Shown here one piece after another: positions 1-7,832 of a DNA stretch of 37,624 bases. How positions within the stretch are numbered: position 1 is the first letter of the stretch; the number at the start of each line of letters is the position of its first letter. The stretch covers positions 1 through 37,624 of the forward strand of contig DASPZT010000093.1 in NCBI GenBank assembly GCA_035636135.1, read 5' to 3'. The position numbers and the translations under genes were made by a program. The notes beneath the pieces were generated by a model. That model saw nothing but the letters and a program-made list of their open reading frames with translations, was not told where the DNA came from and made no database searches. This DNA is from Candidatus Limnocylindria bacterium (GTDB lineage Bacteria; Chloroflexota; Dormibacteria; CF-121).

Positions 1-105
1 CTGCGTGGTGCACTCCAGCGCCAGGTCGACGACTTCCGGGATTGGTCGCGAGAGGCTGGCCACCAGCTTGCGTCGAAGGAGGCCGATCGCCGGGGCCGCG
101 GGCAT
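1..105 (-). CDS. 5' end of an unidentified CDS running off the window (35 codons visible)
   Basis: Reverse-strand ATG at 105 (cat at 103-105) opens a frame that stays open to position 1 (MPAAPAIGLLRRKLVASLSRPIPEVVDLALECTTQ). Third-codon positions are mostly G/C. TGCTATACA (extended -10-like) lies on the minus strand at 123..115. Not in the ORF track because it is under 60 aa. Confidence 0.3.
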   Translation of the reverse strand, partial: MPAAPAIGLLRRKLVASLSRPIPEVVDLALECTTQ

Positions 106-254
106 TCGCCGTCTTGTATAGCACGGTTCTGCCCCCCTTACTCTCCCTTCCCCGTGCGGGGATGGCTTTTTTTCCCTCCCCTTACGAAGGAGGGTGGGGG
201 TAGGACTCTCGTTTCCTTTGCGGTTGAGTCCGGACTCGGGCTTAGAATGCCGCC

Positions 255-1115
255 ATGCCGGAGGCGTTCGCCAACCTGCACCTGCACACCATCTTCAGTG
301 ATGGTGAGCTAGCACCCAACGAGGTGATCAGGGCCCACGCGGCCGCCGGGTTTGCGGCCATCGCCATCACCGACCACGACACGCTCGCGGGTCTGGACGC
401 CGTGGGAGCGCTCGATGGTCACGGCCTTCAAATCATTCCGGGTGTCGAGCTGTCCATTGAGGATGACCCACCGCGCGGCCTGATCGAAGTGCACCTGCTG
501 GGCTACGCGTTCCGCCTCGACGATGCCCGGCTGCGAAAACGCCTGGAAGCGGCGAGCCAGGCTCGGGAGGCGCAGAAAGTCGAGACCGTGCGACGGCTGG
601 CCGCGGCCGGCTATCCGATTACCTGGGAGGACGTGCGCGGTCGGGCCCGTGGGAACGTTGGCAAGCCGCACATCGTCGCCGCGATCGAGGCCGCCCGGCC
701 GGAGGTCGCGCGTGAGGACCTGTACAGCTTGATGGGCCCGGGGGGGATCGCCCACGTTCCGCGGGCCCAGGACCTCTCTCTAGAGGAGGGGGTGCAATTG
801 ATCCGCGGGGCGGGGGGCGTTCCAGTGCTGGCCCATCCGGGGGTGTACCGGCACGTTGCCGACATGGGCGCGACGTTCGACACCTGCGCTGCCGCTGGGG
901 TGGCCGGGTTGGAGGTGACCTATCCTCAGGATCCCAGTGATCCATACGGACCGGGCAGCCGCATGCTGATGGATCGCTTCGCCGCGGTCGCCCGGCGGTA
1001 CGGATGGCTGGCCACCGGTGGCGACGACTTCCATGGTCCGCAGGTGACACCCCTGATCCGCCTCGCGGCCTGGCGGGCCACCCCGGCCGCCGTCGTCGAC
1101 GGCTTGTTGTCTTAG
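255..1115 (+). CDS. PHP-domain metal-dependent phosphoesterase (TrpH/YciV-like)
   Basis: N-terminal NLHLHTIFSDGE and AITDHDT motifs plus later HP/DFHG histidine clusters are typical of the PHP family. GC3-rich ATG ORF of 286 aa. Confidence 0.85.
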   Translation: MPEAFANLHLHTIFSDGELAPNEVIRAHAAAGFAAIAITDHDTLAGLDAVGALDGHGLQIIPGVELSIEDDPPRGLIEVHLLGYAFRLDDARLRKRLEAASQAREAQKVETVRRLAAAGYPITWEDVRGRARGNVGKPHIVAAIEAARPEVAREDLYSLMGPGGIAHVPRAQDLSLEEGVQLIRGAGGVPVLAHPGVYRHVADMGATFDTCAAAGVAGLEVTYPQDPSDPYGPGSRMLMDRFAAVARRYGWLATGGDDFHGPQVTPLIRLAAWRATPAAVVDGLLS

Positions 1116-1296
1116 CCCGGATCTACCGAATCGGGCTAGCATCTCGGGCGCGGATGCGGCCGAGCCGGGCGTCGTCTCCTGCGCGCGCTCAGTCACGCAT
1201 CGACGGATGCGCTCCCTCGCGTGCTCGTCGCCTCCTTCGGCTCGGCGCGCCCCGCATCCCGATTTGCGTCGTCCGATCGGTAGACCCGGGCTATGG
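1111..1296. repeat. MITE/REP-like palindromic intergenic element, copy A (~185 bp)
   Basis: Core 1139-1261 (gcatctcgggcgcggatgcgg...gcgccccgcatcccg) is near-identical to 2884-3016. Terminal inverted repeats are tagcccggatctaccgaatcgg (1113-1134) and ccgatcggtagacccgggcta (1273-1293). The stop codons of both convergent flanking genes (TAG 1113-1115; cta 1291-1293) lie inside the TIRs. Confidence 0.75.
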
Positions 1297-2820
1297 CTGC
1301 GTGAGGAACTGGAGCAGCAGAGGGACGAGCGCGTCCGGCCGGTCAAGCGGGAGGAAATGCCCGCCCGGCTCGATGATCTGGACCACGCTGTTCTGCAGCT
1401 TCTGATGGAGCTTCTCGGCCCAGCCCCGTTCCAGGAACTTGTCGTTCGCGCCCCAAAGGATCAGGGTCGGGACCCGGATCTCGCGAATGTCGTTGGACCG
1501 CGATACCAGGTCCTTGTTGTTGAGGGCGCGGGCGGCCCGGAGATATCCACGTCGGCCGGCCTGGTCGCTGAAGGGGCGGACCCACTCGTCCAGCAGCTCG
1601 GTGGTGATCCGGCCAGGGGTGACGATGCCGGCCTGGAGGCCTTCACCGAAGCCTTTGCGCAGGTCGGCGCTGACCATCCGCTGGTCCCAGAAGGGGTCGT
1701 GGAGACGGGCGATCTCCGGGATGGGCCAGTTGTCGTCCATGATGCTGTCGATGAGCACCAGCTTGCCCACCCTGGCGGGCTCGTCGGCGGCGATCAGCTG
1801 CGCGATCCCTCCCCCGATGTCATGACCCACGAGGTGCGCCCGCTGGATTCCCAGCGATTCCATGAGGGCGATCACGTAGCGTTCCTGCGCTTCCACCGAC
1901 AGGTCCGCATCCACCCGTTTGTCGGAGTCACCGTAGCCCAGTAGGTCCGGAGCCACCACGTCGAAGTAGCGCGTCAGCGGATCGATCACGTCGCGCCAGA
2001 GATACGATGAGCTGGGGATGCCGTGGAGCAACACGACCGGCGGTCCCTGCCCCCGCCGGATGTACGTCATGTCCCCCCCGAAGAGGCGCACGCGCCATTT
2101 CGATTGCGTAAATGCCGAGGGGGCGATCGGCTGCGACTCAGTCACCGGCGTGGTCGCCATCCGCTCGTGTTCCAGCCGTGAAGGCGGAGGGCCGAACCCA
2201 GCCGGCTGTGGCACGAAGGCAGCCACCGGAGGAGGAGGTGGTGGTGGTGGTAGTAGTGGTGGCGGTGGCGGCGGCGGTGGTGGCGGCGGCGGTGGAGCCA
2301 TGACGGGGACCGGGGGGGCCGCGATTGGAGGAGCGGGCGGTGGTGCGGGCAGCGGCGGTTGCGGCTGTGTTTGTGGCGGCGTGCCGGCCAGCACCAGGTT
2401 GGTGGAGCTAGCCCGGGCAATCAGTTCACCGGCGCCGTCGGTACAGACCGCCTCGGCAACGGCGATCTGGCGGCCGCGGTGAACCACCCGGCCGATGCAG
2501 CGCAGCATTCCGGACTGGACGGTGACCGGCCGGATGAAATTGACGGTCAGGTCGACCGTGGTGAAGTTTTCCCCGGATGCCAATGTGGTGACCACGGCGA
2601 ACCCCATGGCGCTGTCTAGCAGCGACGCCAGCGCACCACCGTGGGCCACGTCGTTGGGGTTGTAGAGTGACTCGGTGACCGGCATTTCGTAGGTCGCCGT
2701 GCCATCCCCGGCCCCGGTCACGCGCATCCCGAGGAGCGCGAGATAGGCCGGCAGGGGGGCGGCCCCGCTGATGACGGCCTCGACGTAGCGCCGGCCGGGC
2801 GTGGTGGCCTCGTCCGCCAT
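1291..2820 (-). CDS. Fusion protein: PaaI/hotdog-fold thioesterase + Pro-rich linker + haloalkane-dehalogenase/epoxide-hydrolase-like alpha/beta hydrolase
   Basis: N-terminal YNPNDVAHGGALASLLDSAMGFAV is a PaaI-type hotdog motif. C-terminal VLLHGIPSSSYLWRDVI and LVGHDIGGG (Asp nucleophile elbow) match the dehalogenase-like fold. Start moved to ATG at 2820 (MADEATT) because the longer ORF reads through repeat copy B. Confidence 0.85.
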   Translation of the reverse strand: MADEATTPGRRYVEAVISGAAPLPAYLALLGMRVTGAGDGTATYEMPVTESLYNPNDVAHGGALASLLDSAMGFAVVTTLASGENFTTVDLTVNFIRPVTVQSGMLRCIGRVVHRGRQIAVAEAVCTDGAGELIARASSTNLVLAGTPPQTQPQPPLPAPPPAPPIAAPPVPVMAPPPPPPPPPPPPPLLPPPPPPPPVAAFVPQPAGFGPPPSRLEHERMATTPVTESQPIAPSAFTQSKWRVRLFGGDMTYIRRGQGPPVVLLHGIPSSSYLWRDVIDPLTRYFDVVAPDLLGYGDSDKRVDADLSVEAQERYVIALMESLGIQRAHLVGHDIGGGIAQLIAADEPARVGKLVLIDSIMDDNWPIPEIARLHDPFWDQRMVSADLRKGFGEGLQAGIVTPGRITTELLDEWVRPFSDQAGRRGYLRAARALNNKDLVSRSNDIREIRVPTLILWGANDKFLERGWAEKLHQKLQNSVVQIIEPGGHFLPLDRPDALVPLLLQFLTQP

Positions 2821-2837
2821 GCGAGGGCATTGTATGG

Positions 2838-3050
2838 CTTCAGCCCGCACTTCGCCCCAGGCCGAATCCACCGGCTCGAGCTCGCATCTCGGGCGCGGAT
2901 GCGGCCTGAGCCCGAGGCTCCGGGCGTCGTCTTCTGCGCGCGGTCGGTCACGCACCGACGGGTGCGCTCCCTCCCGTGCTCGTCGCCTCCTGCGGCTCGG
3001 CGCGCCCCGCATCCCGCTCTGCTTCGCCCGACCGGTGGATCCGGCCTTAA
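2838..3050. repeat. MITE/REP-like palindromic intergenic element, copy B (~210 bp)
   Basis: Same core as copy A, in direct orientation. Its own TIRs are aggccgaatccaccggctcg (2859-2878) and ccgaccggtggatccggcct (3028-3047). Confidence 0.75.
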
Positions 3051-3159
3051 CGGAGAGTGGCCTCAGGGCGTAACGAGCTCGTCACAATACCAGCGGCGGC
3101 GCGACAAAAATCGCAAGCCCGCGGCCCCTTCGCAGTTGGCAGCCATAGAGGTTCGGGCG

Positions 3160-4152
3160 TTGCCCGGGCCGGATCCCGAAAAAGGGGGACCCGGACTGCT
3201 CACCGCACTGCCGCGGCACGCGACTCACGCGATCGTCCTGATACTGGCCGGTGCCCTGCCCTGGCTGGCCGTCCATGCGCCCATCGGACCGGCGCCGGCC
3301 CTGGCCAAAGATCGCACCCTGGTCGTGGCGCCGCCCGCCCGGTGGGCCGATCACCGCGAGTGGTCGACCGATGGCTTCATGGTGAAGCCCGAACTGTCAC
3401 TGACCGCGGCTGGGATCGAAGAGCAGCACCGGCCGATCCTGACCTATCGCGCGTCCGATGGGGACACCCTGCGCGCCCTGGCGGCCCAGTACGGCCTCAC
3501 CGTGAACACGCTGATTTGGTCGAATCCCGGCGCCGTCGACCTCCTTGAGCATGGCCAGGTGATCATGATTCCGCCGATTGACGGCGTGCTGGTCCGGGTG
3601 GAGCGCGACGACACGGTGCCGGCGTTGGCGCGGAAGTACCGGGCAGAGGCAGACGCCATCATCGAGTTCAACCTGCTCCGGCACCCCGAGAACCTGGCGG
3701 TCGGGTCATGGTTGATGATCCCCTTCGGGGTCGGCCCCGAGGCGGCGCCTGTCCCCGAAGCCAATCCCCGGACCGTGTCGGCCGGCGGGCGACCGGTGTG
3801 GATCTCGCCTGTCTCCGCCGGTAGCGGGGGCGGCCTCTATCCGTTCGGTCAATGCACCTATTACGTCAACACGCGGCGGTCCGCACCCTGGGGCGGCAAC
3901 GCCTGGGAATGGTATGGTCGCGCGCGCGCCTGGGGCCGGCCCGAAGGCCCGGCGCCCCGCGTGGGCGCCATCATGGTCACCTGGGAGAACCCCTACTGGG
4001 GGCACGTGGCCTACGTGGAAAAAGTCAACTCCGACGGCAGCTGGCTGGTCTCGGAGATGAACTACTACGGGGGCAGCGGCGGCGGCTGGGGCAAGGTCGA
4101 CACGCGGCGCGTGGTCCCCGGCACCATTCCCCTGATCGGCTTTATCTACTAG
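3160..4152 (+). CDS. Peptidoglycan hydrolase with two LysM domains and a C-terminal CHAP domain
   Basis: LysM-like segments TYRASDGDTLRALAAQYGLTVNTLIWSN and VRVERDDTVPALARKYRAEADAIIEFN. CHAP Cys/His motifs GQCTYYV and WGHVAYVE. A hydrophobic N-terminal anchor is present. Start is uncertain: TTG at 3160 is preceded by agagg, TTG at 3136 is also possible, and the track's 2830 start lies in repeat B. Confidence 0.8.
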   Translation: MPGPDPEKGGPGLLTALPRHATHAIVLILAGALPWLAVHAPIGPAPALAKDRTLVVAPPARWADHREWSTDGFMVKPELSLTAAGIEEQHRPILTYRASDGDTLRALAAQYGLTVNTLIWSNPGAVDLLEHGQVIMIPPIDGVLVRVERDDTVPALARKYRAEADAIIEFNLLRHPENLAVGSWLMIPFGVGPEAAPVPEANPRTVSAGGRPVWISPVSAGSGGGLYPFGQCTYYVNTRRSAPWGGNAWEWYGRARAWGRPEGPAPRVGAIMVTWENPYWGHVAYVEKVNSDGSWLVSEMNYYGGSGGGWGKVDTRRVVPGTIPLIGFIY

Positions 4153-4176
4153 CCGGCCGTGGTCAGATGGCCGGCT
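4151..4176 (+). terminator. GC-rich hairpin at the CHAP gene stop
   Basis: agccggcc (4151-4158) pairs with ggccggct (4169-4176) around a 10-nt loop. There is no clear U tract. Confidence 0.4.
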
Positions 4177-4354
4177 CCAAGGTCCGGCCCTGAGCGCTGG
4201 CGAGCACCGTGCGCGCCCTGCTCCCTCGATCAATAGATCTGACTCTGGTCGCGCGTGTCCTTATGGCCCGACCGCGGCCCTCACCACCGTCACGGCCGTA
4301 CCGCGCTTTTCCTCCCTCTTTCGAGGTTGGGGTGGGGTCCCCAGCGTGCTCGTG

Positions 4355-5707
4355 TCACTCGAACGGCCGCCCCAAGCGTCCGACCCGGTCCTCGACCGCC
4401 TGCCCCGCCGCCAGGATGGTCGCCTCATCGTTCCATCGGCCCACGAGTTGAATCCCGACTGGCAGTCCATGGGAAAGGCCGCACGGCACCGAGAGCGCGG
4501 GTGCGCCGGTCAGGTTGAAGGGTGCCGTAAATCGCACCAGCGCGGCGTCGACCGGCTCCTGGCGGTTTCGCCAGCGGACTCGCGGCTGCCCGACTCGAGG
4601 CGCCACCAACGGAACGGCGGGCACGGCGAGCACGTCGACCTCTTCGAAGACGGAGCGCAGCTCGTCGCGCAATCGTTGCCGCAGCCGCTGAGCCAGCAGA
4701 TAGTCAGCGCCGCTGACCAGGTACCCCAGCTGTAACCGGGCGCGGGTCTCGACGCCATAGTCTGCCGACCGGGCGGGAAACCAGCGGGCGTGCACCGCGG
4801 CGGCTTCGGCCCGCAGGGTGACTAGCTGGACCGCGACCGACCACCCCATCGCCGGCAGCCTCACCCGGCGCAGGCGCGCCCCATCCGCCCGGAGCCCGGC
4901 GACGGCGGCGGCGACCAGCCGTGCCACCCCGGGCTCGACCTGCCGCCCGAAAAATCCATCGGGCACGCCGATGACCATGCCCTTCGCGGAAGCGGGCCGC
5001 ACCCGGCGCCCGGCAATCACTTCGAACAGCAGGCGGGCATCGGCCACGCTCCTGGTGATGGGGCCCACATGGTCGAGCGACGGGCCCAGCGCCAGGACCC
5101 CGGTCGCCGGCACACTCCCATAAGTCGGCTTCAATCCGACGCAGCCGCAGAGCGCGGCCGGAATCCGGATCGACCCGCCGGTGTCGGTTCCCAGGCTGCC
5201 GGCGCACAATCCCGCTACCACCGCAATAGCCGATCCGCCGCTGGAGCCGCCCGGGATGCGGGTTGGATCCCAGGGATTGCGGGCGATCCCAAAGAAGGGA
5301 TTGCTGGTCGACACGCCGTACGCGAACTCGTGCAGGTTGAGCTTGCCCAGCATCACGGCGCCCGCCTGGCGCAGCCGGCTCACGGCGGTCGCGTCCTGGC
5401 GGGGCACCCAGCGGGCCAGGATCCGGGAGCCGGCCGTGGTGCGCACCCCGCGGGTGGCGAGCAGATCCTTGAGGGCCATCGGCACCCCCAGCAAGGGCCC
5501 GGTCTCGCCGCGGTGCAACTGGCGTCCCGCAGCCCGCGCCTGGCGCCTGGCGGTATCCCCGGTCAGGGTGATGAAGGCCCGCAGCCGGTGGGCCTTCACG
5601 ATCCGCGCCAGGTAGGCGTCCACCAGCTCGACGGGGGACACGGCTCGGCGGCGGAGGCGGCGAGCCACCTCGGTCAGCGGCTCGTCGCACAGGTCGTCGA
5701 CGGTCAT
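4355..5707 (-). CDS. Amidase-signature (AS) family amidase (GatA/AtzE-like)
   Basis: GGSSGGSA signature, catalytic-Lys context PMALKDLLATRG and a Ser-cisSer-Lys type layout. Start placed at ATG 5707 (MTVDDLCDEPL), which overlaps the stop of an upstream micro-ORF (ATGA). Confidence 0.85.
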   Translation of the reverse strand: MTVDDLCDEPLTEVARRLRRRAVSPVELVDAYLARIVKAHRLRAFITLTGDTARRQARAAGRQLHRGETGPLLGVPMALKDLLATRGVRTTAGSRILARWVPRQDATAVSRLRQAGAVMLGKLNLHEFAYGVSTSNPFFGIARNPWDPTRIPGGSSGGSAIAVVAGLCAGSLGTDTGGSIRIPAALCGCVGLKPTYGSVPATGVLALGPSLDHVGPITRSVADARLLFEVIAGRRVRPASAKGMVIGVPDGFFGRQVEPGVARLVAAAVAGLRADGARLRRVRLPAMGWSVAVQLVTLRAEAAAVHARWFPARSADYGVETRARLQLGYLVSGADYLLAQRLRQRLRDELRSVFEEVDVLAVPAVPLVAPRVGQPRVRWRNRQEPVDAALVRFTAPFNLTGAPALSVPCGLSHGLPVGIQLVGRWNDEATILAAGQAVEDRVGRLGRPFE

Positions 5708-5865
5708 GGCAGCTCCGGGTCCGGCTGTCGGCGCGCCTGGGCCCGCATGGCTTGCACCAGGTCCTGGTATCGACGCCACGCCGGGAGCAGCCGCTCGAGT
5801 TCACTCTGAGACACGCGCAGGCCGGCGGCGCGGGCAGCGGCCGCCAACTGGTCGCGCTCCGTCAT
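5704..5865 (-). CDS. 53-aa micro-ORF translationally coupled to the amidase (possible GatC/AtzG-like small subunit)
   Basis: Hand translation gives MTERDQLAAAARAAGLRVSQSELERLLPAWRRYQDLVQAMRAQARRQPDPELP*. GC3 is high and the TGA overlaps the amidase ATG (ccATGAcc). Absent from the ORF track because it is under 60 aa. Confidence 0.5.
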   Translation of the reverse strand: MTERDQLAAAARAAGLRVSQSELERLLPAWRRYQDLVQAMRAQARRQPDPELP

Positions 5866-5938
5866 CTCATCCAGTATCAGCCGGCACTAGCAGAAACAGA
5901 TGTACGACGTGATGCGGGTCATTTGGTATCAGCTTCGT

Positions 5939-5967
5939 TTGACAACGCGCTTGCGCCGTCCTAAGCT
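5939..5967 (+). promoter_or_regulatory. Sigma70-like promoter for the 6049 gene
   Basis: TTGACA (5939-5944), a 17-nt spacer, then TAAGCT (5962-5967), in a locally AT-richer divergent intergenic region. GGAGG at 6033-6037 precedes the ATG at 6049. Confidence 0.4.
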
Positions 5968-6048
5968 GCGCGATGCGCCACCGGGTCGAGGGGAAGTTCC
6001 GGGGCAGGCGCCGAGATTGCCCACCTGCACACGGAGGAGCGCCAAAGG

Positions 6049-7473
6049 ATGCTGCACGTAGAAGTCCGCCGGCTCGACATCGCCCCGACCCCCGACCAGT
6101 TCTGGACCCTCGTGTCGCGGATCAACGGCCCCGAATTCATGGGCGTCCTTTATCGGGCGCGAGAGGCCATCTTCGACAGCGCCGGGATCGGTTTCACCAT
6201 CGACCTGCTCAGCAAGTTTCTGCAGTTCGACGTCACTCGCAGCTGGTCCGCCCCGGAGGAAGGCGAGATTTTCTTCGGCTCGGCGCCGGTCGTGGGGTGG
6301 CTCCGGGTGCGGCGACCCGGCTCGGCCACGCTGCGCGAGCTTCGCTCCGATGATGTCCACTTCATGGAGCTGGAGCATGCCGGCAAGCCCGCCTTCGCCG
6401 AGGTCGGCATCGCCCACCGATCAGGCAGCGAGAAGCTGCGCAACGATTTCCTGAAGCGGGTTCGGACCGCTACGGCCGATGTGATGGGCCAGGAGATCGG
6501 CGCACCGTCCGGCTGGCCGGTTCTGACCCCAGCCACCAGCCACAACTTCGAAAACATCCGCCGCAACCGCCAGGGCGCCGAGCTGTCGACGGACGAGGCG
6601 CGCGCCGTGGGCGCCTTCGCCATTCCGGAAGTCCGGGCCCTGATTCGGGACCTGGAGCGGGTTGGCTCCCTCACCTCGTCGGAGTTGCCCCGCGTCCTCG
6701 GTGAGGCGCAGGGCGCGGCCGTCGCCGGCCGGCTCGGTGAGCTGCGCGACATGGGCCTGATCCAATCCGAGTACGTTATCGTGTGCTCGCGCACCGGGAA
6801 CGCGGTCTTGCGCACCGATGATCCCAACAAGCTCGCTAAGATGGCGCCGGACTGGATGAAGTGCGCTTGCGGACGATCCCTCAGCGAAGAGCGGGTGGAT
6901 CAGGTGATCATCCCCACGGAAAGGGCCCGCGAGCTGAACGACCGGGGTCGCTGGATGACCACGATGGCGGTCGCCAGCTTGTCCCGGATCGGCGTGCCGC
7001 GCGAGGCGATCATCGTGGACGCCGGAGCCAACGGGAGTGGGACCGACATCATCCTGGATGTCAGCGGTGACCTGGTGCTGGCCGTGCTGAAGGACCGCGA
7101 GTTCAACCTGGCCGACGCCTACAGCTTCAACGCCAAGGTCTCGCGGATCAAGGCGTCCGAAGGGGTGATCGTCAGCAACGAGGGCATGTCCGGCGACGCC
7201 CGCAAGATGGTGCAGGAGGAGATGGGCGCCCCGCGCCCGCGGATCAGCGATCCCTTCCGTGTCACGTCGGTGGACGGCATCGCCAACTTCGAGGCGGAGA
7301 TCAACCGGGTCGTGGAGCGGCGGCGCCGGCAGTACTTCCTGCGGGCGCTCGGGGACCTGGCCACCATTCAGGGACTCAACATCGGTCAGCTGGCTCTGGC
7401 CAAGGTGGAGGCCGGTGTCCGGCCGGCCGGCAAGGACGCCCCCATCGAGGAACCGGTCGCACAGCAAGCCTAA
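6049..7473 (+). CDS. Hypothetical protein: unknown N-terminal domain + winged-HTH-like segment + C-terminal Mrr/restriction-endonuclease-like fold
   Basis: GC3-rich 474-aa ORF. Residues ~195-255 (SSELPRVLGE..LGELRDMGLIQSEYVIVCSRTGNAVL) look like a wHTH. Residues ~300-392 (GANGSGTDIILDVSGDLVLAVLKDREFNLADAYSFNAKVSRIKASEGVIVSNEGMSGDARKMV) follow the Mrr_cat layout, but the (D/E)xK acid is not evident. Confidence 0.75.
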   Translation: MLHVEVRRLDIAPTPDQFWTLVSRINGPEFMGVLYRAREAIFDSAGIGFTIDLLSKFLQFDVTRSWSAPEEGEIFFGSAPVVGWLRVRRPGSATLRELRSDDVHFMELEHAGKPAFAEVGIAHRSGSEKLRNDFLKRVRTATADVMGQEIGAPSGWPVLTPATSHNFENIRRNRQGAELSTDEARAVGAFAIPEVRALIRDLERVGSLTSSELPRVLGEAQGAAVAGRLGELRDMGLIQSEYVIVCSRTGNAVLRTDDPNKLAKMAPDWMKCACGRSLSEERVDQVIIPTERARELNDRGRWMTTMAVASLSRIGVPREAIIVDAGANGSGTDIILDVSGDLVLAVLKDREFNLADAYSFNAKVSRIKASEGVIVSNEGMSGDARKMVQEEMGAPRPRISDPFRVTSVDGIANFEAEINRVVERRRRQYFLRALGDLATIQGLNIGQLALAKVEAGVRPAGKDAPIEEPVAQQA

Positions 7474-7607
7474 GCCCGCTTCGGGCTAAGCAGCGGCAAG
7501 GGGCCCTGCACACCGCGGGGCCCCCTTCCGCACTCGGTTGGTGCCGGTGGCCCGTATCTGCCACCAGCTTCACCCGATCAATCGAGCACCGTAACGCCGA
7601 ACCGGAT

Positions 7608-7829
7608 ATGGTCGGCGTAGTGGGTGACCGTCGACTGAGCGTCGTCACGTTGGCGCTGGGCGGACTCTGTCTGCTGGTGGGCCTGGTGTGGACGCTGCAG
7701 GGCGCCGGGGTTTTGCCGGGCAGCTTCATGACCGGCTCACGGTTCTGGCTTGCCATCGGGATCATCCTCGACATCGCGGGCGTCTATCTCCTGTACCGCG
7801 GTGTCGCGCGCCAGTCGCGCTCGCGGTAG
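7608..7829 (+). CDS. Small two-TM membrane protein
   Basis: 73 aa with two hydrophobic helices. Its stop lies 3 nt before the GTG of the next gene, suggesting an operon. No obvious SD. Confidence 0.5.
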   Translation: MVGVVGDRRLSVVTLALGGLCLLVGLVWTLQGAGVLPGSFMTGSRFWLAIGIILDIAGVYLLYRGVARQSRSR

Positions 7830-7832
7830 TCC

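Noticed and set aside
2222-2300. Possible CRISPR-like or satellite array in the (GGN)n tract; CRISPR arrays elsewhere
   Set aside because: The tract is an in-frame triplet repeat encoding polyproline on the minus strand. No repeat-spacer periodicity of 25-40 bp was seen anywhere in the window, and no cas-like genes.
1111-3050. Reading the two direct repeat copies as a composite transposon carrying the fusion gene
   Set aside because: There is no transposase, integrase or target-site duplication, and the elements look like non-autonomous intergenic palindromes. Mobilisation of the enclosed gene is therefore unsupported, though the repeats themselves are still reported.
2830-3159. ATG at 2830 as start of the LysM-CHAP gene (and 3012 as start of the thioesterase fusion)
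   Set aside because: Both extensions translate straight through MITE-like repeat copy B. The same pseudo-peptide (APSRARRLLRLGAPRIP) also appears from copy A, so it is repeat sequence rather than coding sequence.
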